A stretch of DNA of 64,000 nt from NCBI GenBank assembly GCA_963761335.1, contig CAVXGR010000015.1, forward strand, positions 370,970 through 434,969, given 5' to 3'. Numbering within the stretch: position 1 is the stretch's first letter; each line of letters begins with the position of its first letter. The position numbers were made by a program, and so were the translations under genes. This document shows positions 1 through 7,296 of this stretch, one piece after another. The notes below the pieces were generated by a model. It did not search any database and was not told where the DNA came from. It saw nothing but the letters and a program-made list of their open reading frames with translations. This DNA comes from an uncultured delta proteobacterium. Lineage in GTDB: Bacteria > Desulfobacterota > Binatia > HRBIN30 > BPIQ01.

Positions 1-1019
1 CCGCAGACGGCTCGGCCCTGCAGCAACGCCGGACCTTCGCGCGGCGGTCCGCCGCTGCGCTCGTAGCCCATCGCCTTGGCCGAGGCACGGAGCTGCTCGC
101 CGATGCGCTCGTGCTCCCGCCATGAGATGTAGGCCGGGTGGGCATCGCGAATCAGCACGTGCCACTGCTCCGGTGGCAGCCGTTCGTGCCGCGTGCGCCC
201 GTCTGGCTTCTTGCGCCAGCGTCCCCGGCCGTAGGCATAGGCGCCGGCGTACCACGGGTTGTGGAGCGCGATGGAGGCGCGGCTGATCGACAGCGGTCCC
301 CAAGCCAGCTCCCCCTTGTGCGCGCCGGCGGCCACGCGCGTAGGGAACAGCAGACCTTGCTGCCGGAAGTGCCGCACCGTCGCACAGAGCGTGCCGGTGC
401 GCGCGAAGGTCTCGAACAGCAGGCGCACGCTCTCCTGTACCTGGGTGTCCGGGTCGAAGATGACCTGCCCGGCGGCGTCGTACACCAAGCCCACCGGCAG
501 CCGACAGCGCAGCTCACCCCGCCGCGCCTTGCTGAGGATGCCGCCCCGCAGGCGCGCCCGCAGGACGTGGAGCTCCGCCTCGCTCATCGTCCCCTTGAGC
601 CCGAGCAGCAGGCGGTCGTTGAAATCGGCGGGATCGTAGACGCCGTCCTCGTCGAGGATCAGCGTGTCGGCGAGCGCACAGATCTCGAGGAGCCGGTGCC
701 AGTCCGTCGAGTTGCGCGCCAGTCGCGACACCTCCAGCCCCAGCACGATGCCGGCGCGTCCCATGCCGACCTCGGCCACCAGCTTCTGGAAGCCCGCGCG
801 GTCCACCGCGGAGGCGCCCGACTGGCCGAGATCCGAGTCGATAACGATGACCTGCTCCCTCGGCCACCCCAGCGCCACCGCGCGCTGGCTGAGTGCGTAC
901 TGGCGCTGGGTGCTCTCGGTGTTCTCGAACACCTGGCGCACGGTCGACTGACGTACGTAGAGGTAAGCACCGCGCGCCAGATGACGGGCGGTGACCTTCT
1001 GCCGCGCTTCATTGCTCAT
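1..1019 (-). CDS. Large serine recombinase (resolvase + recombinase domains), truncated by the window edge
   Basis: Not in the ORF track because it runs off the window. Manual translation from ATG 1019: MSNEARQKVTARHLARGAYLYVRQST...SGASAVDRAGFQKLV...VSRLARN...LHNPWYAGAY. YVRQS catalytic Ser motif and SRLAR motif. ATGA overlap with upstream ORF. Confidence 0.93.
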   Translation of the reverse strand, partial: MSNEARQKVTARHLARGAYLYVRQSTVRQVFENTESTQRQYALSQRAVALGWPREQVIVIDSDLGQSGASAVDRAGFQKLVAEVGMGRAGIVLGLEVSRLARNSTDWHRLLEICALADTLILDEDGVYDPADFNDRLLLGLKGTMSEAELHVLRARLRGGILSKARRGELRCRLPVGLVYDAAGQVIFDPDTQVQESVRLLFETFARTGTLCATVRHFRQQGLLFPTRVAAGAHKGELAWGPLSISRASIALHNPWYAGAYAYGRGRWRKKPDGRTRHERLPPEQWHVLIRDAHPAYISWREHERIGEQLRASAKAMGYERSGGPPREGPALLQGRAVC

Positions 1020-1324
1020 CGACGACACCCCTCCTCTCCGTTTGACATCGCCATGCTGGCCAGCACGCGAACCAGGCCCGCGTGGAGAGCGTCGGCGGCA
1101 AGCGCCGCCCCCACCACGGACGGCTCGCGCGCCGCCACCGGTGCCGCCGCGACGACACCACCGGTGTGTTGCTCGATCCAAGCGGCGATCCCTTCTCGCA
1201 CCAGCAACAGCAGTGCGCTGCGATCGCCCACGACCGCCGCGCCCAAAAGCATGTGGCGGCGCAGCTGCTCGTACGCTGCCACGGGCGCATCGGCTGCCCC
1301 GTTCGCCGCCTCGGTGCCGCTCAG
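1016..1324 (-). CDS. Small accessory protein of the recombinase element (start uncertain; possibly made by frameshift)
   Basis: 3' part of ORF 1016..2014 (AYEQLRRHML...LLLLVREGIAAWI). Its stop overlaps the recombinase ATG. No canonical start with RBS. Confidence 0.65.
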   Translation of the reverse strand: MSGTEAANGAADAPVAAYEQLRRHMLLGAAVVGDRSALLLLVREGIAAWIEQHTGGVVAAAPVAAREPSVVGAALAADALHAGLVRVLASMAMSNGEEGCRR

Positions 1325-1788
1325 CGCCGTTTTTTTTCCCTGCGCGCCAGCGCCCGCTCGACGCTGCGTGGATGGACCCTCCGGCCAAAGCGCTCGCGCA
1401 CCCGGCGAGCCAGCTCCACCGCACGCAGCGAGCCATCTTCGGCGAGCAGCTCCCGGAGAAACTCCATCACCTCGGCATCGAGCTTGTGAGAGCGCCGCGG
1501 CCCGGGCTTGCGAGGCACGAGCGCCGCCAGCCCGCCGCGCGCGAGCGCCGCATCCGCCTGGTAGAGAGTCGGACGCGAGAAGCCGAAGGCCGCCGCGCTG
1601 CGACTGGCGGGCTGCCCGTCCACGCGCACGCGGCGCACCATCTCGTACTTGACCTGGACCAGATCGCGGGCGTCGAAGAAGTCCGAGGCAGCGAAGAGCG
1701 GATCGGAGACCCTCTCGGGGCTGGAGTTGAGGCTGCCACGCTGGCGCAGCGCTTGAATCTTGGGGTCGGGCGGTTTCGGCTTGGCCAT
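1321..1788 (-). CDS. Helix-turn-helix protein (transposase N-terminus-like HTH) of the recombinase element
   Basis: FFDARDLVQVKYEMVRRV...AAAFGFSRPTLYQ...LVPRKPGPRRSHKL...VHPRSVERAL. Confidence 0.85.
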   Translation of the reverse strand: MAKPKPPDPKIQALRQRGSLNSSPERVSDPLFAASDFFDARDLVQVKYEMVRRVRVDGQPASRSAAAFGFSRPTLYQADAALARGGLAALVPRKPGPRRSHKLDAEVMEFLRELLAEDGSLRAVELARRVRERFGRRVHPRSVERALARREKKRR

Positions 1789-1810
1789 CGGCGGTGTGGG
1801 TACCGCTTCT

Positions 1811-1984
1811 TGTAAGTATGTTTATGCCGCACAGCGCCAGCTCTGTCAAGATAGAAACGTCCGATCTACTGCTCCATGCGCTAGTTATCAACGACAGCAT
1901 TGGTCTTCCACAAGCATCGAAGGCGCAGCGTGGAACACATTGCGGCATATTCTCCTTTACACATGCGGCGAAATCCGCTTTACA
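1811..1984. promoter_or_regulatory. Three 21-bp TGTAA-N10-GCCGCA sites plus a sigma70-like -35 for the HTH operon
   Basis: Sites at 1811-1831 (+), 1941-1961 (-) and 1964-1984 (-). TTGACA on the - strand at 1845-1850. Confidence 0.6.
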
Positions 1985-2010
1985 CATCACGCTCTCGATT
2001 CGGGAGGCGA

Positions 2011-2268
2011 TCACGACCGAAGCTCCCGCACCAGCGCCGCCAGAACGACGAGGTCCCCGAGTCGCAACCGCGACCGTCCCGCCGCCGCGACGACGAACGG
2101 GTCTTCGGCCTCTACGCTGGTCCAGCGAGCCGGTAGCGAGGCCAGGTGTCCGTGGGGGTCGCGGTAGAAGACCCGATCCTCACCCCAGTTGCAGCGCTGT
2201 TCGACGACCACGATCTCCTGCCCGCACTGCGGATGGAACGGATGCGTGATGCGAACAGGTGCCGGCAC
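2011..2268 (-). CDS. DUF5372 / Y4bD-Y4pK family protein (start uncertain)
   Basis: VRITHPFHPQCGQE...WGEDRVFY...LASLPARWTSVEAEDPFVVAAAGRS matches this family as I know it. It lies upstream of HTH and recombinase. Confidence 0.8.
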   Translation of the reverse strand: MPAPVRITHPFHPQCGQEIVVVEQRCNWGEDRVFYRDPHGHLASLPARWTSVEAEDPFVVAAAGRSRLRLGDLVVLAALVRELRS

Positions 2269-2303
2269 TTGCCCGGCGTGGCCGGTAGTCGATTGAGTGG
2301 ACC

Positions 2304-3250
2304 AACGTGCGTTCGAGAAGCTTGGCCCAGGCGTAGTGCTTCGGGCGCGTGTAGCTTCCCGGCGGCGGAGGCCGTGCGGTGAAGGGAGCATGCGACTCGG
2401 CACCGCTCTCGTCGGCGAGCGACGGCATCACTGCCGGCGGGGACCTCTCCGCCGCATCGGGCTCCGTGGGAAACGATGGGGACGCTGATTTGGGCTGGAT
2501 GCAAGCTCCATGCTCCTGCGGGTGACGCCGCGCGCCATCCTGCGCGCCCCGCACCGCCCCCGGGCGACTGCCCCTATGCGGCGCAAACACTCCGTGATAC
2601 AGGAGCAAATTGACCCGCGGCTTCGGCACCATGGATGCCAGCTTCTCCAGCAGCTCGATCGGCTCGAAGCGGATCGCTCGCGTGCCGTCGCGCCACGGCC
2701 GGCCCGCACTCCGGAGGCTTCCGGCGGACGTGCGCAGTCGCAGCAGCACCTTGCCCTCTGGCGTCAGCTCCAGACGCTCCTGGGCCAGCGGCGGACGCAG
2801 CACGTAACGACAGAGGTGCTCGAGGCGATTGCGATCTCCCGCGGGAACCGCAACCCCAGCATGCAGATCGAAGCCCTCGATGTGGGCGTGCAACGGTACG
2901 CTCACCGGCCTCTCCCCCTCGATGGGCCCCCGCCCGAGGCGAGCTACCGGCGCTCCGGCGCGCGGTCCAGTGGCGACACGGCCGGCGACGGCGGCTCCCT
3001 GAATCTCCGCGTATGCCGGACACTCGAAGAGACGCTCGTCCGTGGCATCGGCCTCCTCATTGGGCCGCTCCAGTTCGATGCCGTGGCGAGCTACCAGACG
3101 GATGATCCGCCGCCGCACGGTTGCCAGCAGGCGCGCTACATCCCGGTCGGTCGGGCCCGGCGCGGGCACAAAGCGGAGGGCACCGTCGGCCTCTCGAATG
3201 AAGACGCCCTGCGCCACCAGCGTGTGAAAATGGATGTTGGTGTTGAGCGT
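2304..3250 (-). pseudogene. IS91-family (Y2/HUH) transposase fragment, both ends missing
   Basis: LNTNIHFHTLV (HUH), GFDLHAGV, LEHLCRYVLRPP, PWRDGT, LYHGVFAP, WAKLLERT. The N-terminal zinc-binding domain and the C-terminal CxxC are absent. Confidence 0.88.
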
Positions 3251-3842
3251 GTACGTGCTCCTCGCCCGGCCGAGCCCGTCCTGACATCGCGACATCCCTG
3301 GCGCGTCCAAGAGGCGACCACCCTGGGCGAGCAACGTCGCAGACGCCGTGCCATCACCTTTCGCTTACGGATATCTTCCAGATGTTGCCCTGCGCGATCA
3401 CCTGTAGAGCCACGGCGCATCACCGTTTGTACTCGAACTGAGTAGGGCGGCAGCGGCCTGCCCTTGTCTCCAGCTCGCACGTCGGCCTATCTCGAAGCTT
3501 GGCGCGAACGGCCTCGTGCAGGCGGCGAGGTGGGGTTGCAGGGGGAACCCACATGGCGTTCGATCGAGGTGGTCGGCGGCGGAAGGCCAAGGTCTCCGGC
3601 TGGATAGGAAGCGAGTTCACCTTGCCGGCGGCACCTGTCTGACTGGCGTACCAGTCGAAGGCAACACGCCGCTTGGATGCAATTCGGAGCCTTGGAGTCG
3701 GCTCGCGCTGCAGGGGACGTGTCCACCGGTGTCCAATATACGTTCCCACAGCTCGATCTCAGGGCACCTCCACTACCGAGAATCCCTTGACTTTGCTCGC
3801 ATAAGGTCGTGCTGGGTGGTGCCAAGTCAGGCGCCGGCAGAC

Positions 3843-3896
3843 CTCGAAATCGTGTGACCCCTTGCGGGTCCGGGGGTTCGAATCCCCCCCTCTCCG
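3843..3896 (+). tRNA. 3' half of tRNA-Ser(CGA), a non-functional fragment and probable att site
   Basis: CTCGAAA-TCGTG, variable arm GACCC/GGGTC, GGGGG-TTCGAAT-CCCCC, CCTCTCCG. No D-arm or 5' acceptor strand upstream. Confidence 0.85.
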
Positions 3897-3916
3897 TTCT
3901 TTTTCAGGTACTTGGC

Positions 3917-3944
3917 CACCTGCGGCAAAATCGAAACCGCAGGT
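3917..3944 (+). terminator. Hairpin downstream of the tRNA fragment
   Basis: ACCTGCGG...CCGCAGGT stem. Confidence 0.4.
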
Positions 3945-4281
3945 TGCTCAATTCCATTCCCGCGTAGATGGAATTTTCGGAAAGGACAGGTGGCGATCCT
4001 GGTTCTCGAGGGTCTCCATCGTGAGTCTCAGCGCGCCGCGTAGGGTGGATCAGCGAAGTGGCTGCCACAGCGGCCCGCGAGCTCGGCGGCTTGCTGCGCC
4101 TGCGCGGGCGAAAATTCGACATCGCGGGCCAAGTCCTCCATCCACGGCCCGCACCAGCCGAGCAGCCAGGAGGCAAGCTCCTCCTTCCGATCTCGCCAGG
4201 GTCCGCGGGGCCGCAACCGCAATCCCGACCGGAGCCTAGCGCGCCGATCAGGTGCGCCCCACAGCGCCGGGACCTCCCACT

Positions 4282-4548
4282 CTATGAAGCCCGCTTGATC
4301 TCCTCGCGCACGATCTGCCGGATCTCCTCACGCAGCCCCTTGCCACCACCAGCGGCACCCTTCATCGCCTGGCGCAGCAGCATGTTGAGCAGCGTCTGGT
4401 AGCCCACACCCCGCTCCGCCGCTTCCGCCATCAACCAGCCGAGCACCTCGGCGTCGAGGCGCACCGTCTTCATGACTTTCGTCTTCGGAGGAATCACCGC
4501 CCCGCGTCGCTTCACCTTCAACTTGCGAAGATCATATTCCTTCTTCAT
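4282..4548 (-). CDS. brnA: BrnA-family antitoxin
   Basis: MKKEYD...KTVRLDAEVLGWL...GVGYQTLLNMLLR; overlaps brnT. Confidence 0.9.
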   Translation of the reverse strand: MKKEYDLRKLKVKRRGAVIPPKTKVMKTVRLDAEVLGWLMAEAAERGVGYQTLLNMLLRQAMKGAAGGGKGLREEIRQIVREEIKRAS

Positions 4549-4807
4549 ATGCGTGGCGCTCCTTTTTCGTCGCCCTTCGGGCCGAGATGATTCGCAACAC
4601 GCCGCTTTGTCGCTCCACGTGCACGACCAGTAGCAGGCGGTTGCGCAGCGAATGCCCCACCGTCACCTCGCGCTCCTCCTCGCTCGTCTCATCGTCGATG
4701 AAGCTGACCGCGGCGCGATCCATCAGCGCGGTCACCGCCTCCTCGAACGTGATGCCGTGCTTGCGAGCGTTCGCGGCGGCCTTGCGCTCATCCCATTCGA
4801 CCCGCAT
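4532..4807 (-). CDS. brnT: BrnT-family RNase toxin
   Basis: EWDERKAAANARKHGITFEEA...EEREVTVG...RIISARRATKKER. Confidence 0.95.
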   Translation of the reverse strand: MRVEWDERKAAANARKHGITFEEAVTALMDRAAVSFIDDETSEEEREVTVGHSLRNRLLLVVHVERQSGVLRIISARRATKKERHAYEEGI

Positions 4808-4813
4808 CCAACT

Positions 4814-4825
4814 TTGTAACTACAA
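4814..4825. promoter_or_regulatory. Palindromic operator upstream of brnT
   Basis: TTGTA-AC-TACAA immediately before the brnT ATG. Confidence 0.55.
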
Positions 4826-5009
4826 TGTCAGGCTCGCCATCCGCAAGGGCATGCCAGGTTTCTGTGGCTCGGTGTCCGCTCCTTCTCGCGATGGGGAAAC
4901 GGAAGGAGCCCGTAGGGCGAGTGGAGTTTTCCCATCGCGGGCGGCCGATCCGCCGAGGGCGACGCGTCAGGATGGCGCAGGAACGGCGATCGGCCAGGGA
5001 GATGGCCTG

Positions 5010-5395
5010 CGAGGCGGCCTCGTCGCTGCGGTAGCTTGGCACGTTGAACTCGAGGATGACCGAGGGGTGCACCACTCGGTCGATGGCGGCCGCCGTGGCC
5101 ATCGGCTCCTTGAAGATCCGCTCCCACTCGCTGAAGACGAGGTTGCTGGTGATCAGTAGCGAGCGGCTCTCGCAGCGCTCGGCAATCAGCGTGAAGAGGA
5201 CCTCGGCCTCATCGGGGCTCTGCTTCACGTAAGCGATGTCCTCCACGATGAGTAGCTCGAAGCCGTCGAGCTTGCGCAGCATCCGCGGCAGCTTCGCCTC
5301 GCGCTTGGCCGCGAGCAGCTCCTGTACGAGCTGCTAGGCGGGCCGGAAGAGGACCGAGTGCCCTTGCTCGACGAGGGTATGCCCCAGAGCACACC
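5010..5395 (-). pseudogene. istB: IS21-family IstB ATPase remnant
   Basis: ALGHTLVEQGHSVLFRPA*QLVQELLAAKRE...LLIVEDIAYV...LITSNLVFSEWERIF...AAAIDRVVH. In-frame TAG near 5336, Walker A missing, no istA. Confidence 0.88.
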
Positions 5396-5471
5396 AGGGG
5401 AGACCGGCGGCTCCCAAGAGGAAAAACAGCCCGACGAGAGTCGGCGGAGAGCAACCGCGACTCGCCGGCGC

Positions 5472-5954
5472 TCACGGCTGCGGATCGCGTTCATCCCTCG
5501 CGAGCTCGAAGCCGTGAAGGAGGGCGATGTACTCGGACGGCAGACCGTGTTCTCGTGCCCCGTCCAGCAACAACCCAAGGTAGCGCCGCGACGGCTTTCT
5601 CCCCGGCGAAACGCGAGGAGACTGGTAGGTAAAGGCGGCGATCGTTTGCTTCGCCGGCGTCACCACCGGGACGACGATGCTGCGGTAGTAACCCAAGTGA
5701 ACGCCTTCGGTGCGGTCGAGGCGGTCAGCCTCGTCTGCGGTGATGCAGTGAAGGACCCCGCAGGTGCGCGCTCCGACTTGCCGCGCGAGGTTGGCGACGC
5801 CGCGCTCGCCAGGGCCGACGGGAAGGTCAAAGCTGAGCCGATAGCCGTCGAGCCAGCCCCAGGTGCTGGCCGAGGGCTGCATCCCGCGTCGCTCGACGAA
5901 GATCGTGCGGCTCATGTTGCTGCCGTAGGCGAAATACCAGAGACAGGGGCTCAC
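5472..5954 (-). CDS. Gamma-glutamylcyclotransferase family protein
   Basis: YFAYGSNM, LDRTEGV...Y, PSRRYL...GAREHGLPSEY. Confidence 0.9.
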   Translation of the reverse strand: MSPCLWYFAYGSNMSRTIFVERRGMQPSASTWGWLDGYRLSFDLPVGPGERGVANLARQVGARTCGVLHCITADEADRLDRTEGVHLGYYRSIVVPVVTPAKQTIAAFTYQSPRVSPGRKPSRRYLGLLLDGAREHGLPSEYIALLHGFELARDERDPQP

Positions 5955-6091
5955 GCTGGCACTCTGCCACGGGCCGGCGCCTGAGCAAGCGTGTGATCGC
6001 AGCGACGGAGCTCGGGAAGCTTGAATCAGACATCATGGAATTGAATCGTCTTGCTGTTTGTTCGACATGAAACGGCGAACGAGATCGGCGA

Positions 6092-6826
6092 TTACCAGCG
6101 GCCGAAATGCGAGCCGCCATCGACGTACAGAATGTCACCAGTGACCGTCCCGGCGTCGGTCAGATACATGACCGCATCCGTGATGTCCTTGACCGTCGAA
6201 GGCCGAGCCATCGGCGACAGGCTCTCCATCACGTCCGTCGGAGTCTCCCGGTGAAGCGGTGTGTAGACGACGCCCGGGGCGACGGCGTTCACGCGGATGC
6301 CGTCTTTCGCGAACTCCATCGCCAGGTGCTGGGTGATGGTTTCAAGACCGCCTTTGGTGAACATCGGCAACGCCGCCGTGACGCCCCGGATCGGGTTGCG
6401 AGCAAGCGCCGCCGTGATCGCGACGATGCTGCCGCCGGTCTTCTGCGCCAACATTTGCTTGATGGAGAGTTGGGTGATGTACAGGAAGCCCTCGACGTTG
6501 GTCGAGATCAGCGACTTGAAGTCCTCGGCCGTGTAGTCGGTGAACGGCTTGGTGATGAAGATGCCGGCGTTATTGACCAGTGCGTCGATCGAATTGAAGC
6601 GAGACAGCGCCGTCTCGATGATCTCGGCGGCGGTTGCCGGCTCGCCGATGTGGCCGTCCACCAGGGCGATGTGGTCGGAAGCCGCGATCTCGGTGGATTG
6701 GGTCACCTTCCGGGAATTGGCAACGACGTTGAACCCCCGTTCGACAAACCCTTTCACGATTCCCGCGCCGATCCCCTGGGAGGCTCCGGTCACGATGGCT
6801 GTCTTCCGCGGGCCGTTCAGGGGCAT
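6092..6826 (-). CDS. SDR-family oxidoreductase
   Basis: TGASQGIG, NNAG, IRVNAVAPG, VDGG. Start at ATG 6826. Confidence 0.92.
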   Translation of the reverse strand: MPLNGPRKTAIVTGASQGIGAGIVKGFVERGFNVVANSRKVTQSTEIAASDHIALVDGHIGEPATAAEIIETALSRFNSIDALVNNAGIFITKPFTDYTAEDFKSLISTNVEGFLYITQLSIKQMLAQKTGGSIVAITAALARNPIRGVTAALPMFTKGGLETITQHLAMEFAKDGIRVNAVAPGVVYTPLHRETPTDVMESLSPMARPSTVKDITDAVMYLTDAGTVTGDILYVDGGSHFGRW

Positions 6827-7083
6827 TTTCGGTGCCTTTCCCTGTCGAGCCAGGCGCGGATATAGGCGGGACAATTCCTCAGCTGCACCTTGTCCGCTTC
6901 GCAATCCGCCAGGAACCGAATCGTGTCTCGATCCACGAGTGTCAGCTCTTTGAAATCCAGCACGACTTCGTCCTTCTCGGCGTCGAGGAGTGCCTGTAGC
7001 TCGGTGAGATGCTCCGCTTCGATCCGACCGCTCACAACAAAGACAACGGAGCTTCCGTCGGCAGTTCGCATTATTTTCAGCAT
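6817..7083 (-). CDS. Small STAS-like protein
   Basis: MLKI...VSGRIEAEHLTEL...VVLDFKELTLVDRD...LRNCPAYIRAWL. Confidence 0.75.
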   Translation of the reverse strand: MLKIMRTADGSSVVFVVSGRIEAEHLTELQALLDAEKDEVVLDFKELTLVDRDTIRFLADCEADKVQLRNCPAYIRAWLDRERHRKCP

Positions 7084-7117
7084 CGCTCTAGAGACGCACA
7101 CGTCTTTAGCGCCGCAA

Positions 7118-7133
7118 TGCGGGCTTCGTGCCA
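7118..7133 (-). promoter_or_regulatory. sigma54 -24/-12 promoter for the STAS-SDR operon
   Basis: - strand TGGCAC-GAAGC-CCGCA with correct GG-N10-GC spacing. Confidence 0.7.
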
Positions 7134-7296
7134 GCGCGATGCGCGACGAACGGAAGGGTCCTGCTCACCCTCAGATCGCCCACGGAGTGCCCCACGAAGT
7201 CGCGACTCTTCGGGAATTCCCGACATTTCGTGAAGTCTCGAGGGGTGGTGTTGGATTTTCGCGCGGAACAGGCGAAACTGTCGGGGCGAGGTCAAT

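Larger units (their letters stand above)
1..2304 (-). mobile_element. Large-serine-recombinase mobile element (Rhizobium y4bA-D-like), one end near 2304
   Basis: Gene order DUF5372-HTH-ORF-LSR. IS91 transposase homology stops abruptly at ~2304. Confidence 0.7.

Noticed and set aside
138..1652. 504-aa + strand ORF
   Set aside because: Antisense shadow of the recombinase and HTH genes.
3250..3840. Short ORFs between the IS91 fragment and the att site
   Set aside because: No recognisable motif; no integrase signature seen.
3790..3896. Complete tRNA-Ser(CGA)
   Set aside because: The 5' acceptor strand, D-arm and 5' anticodon stem are absent.
4028..4222. 63-64 aa - strand ORF with protein-like composition
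   Set aside because: No family recognised and no RBS; at most a remnant.
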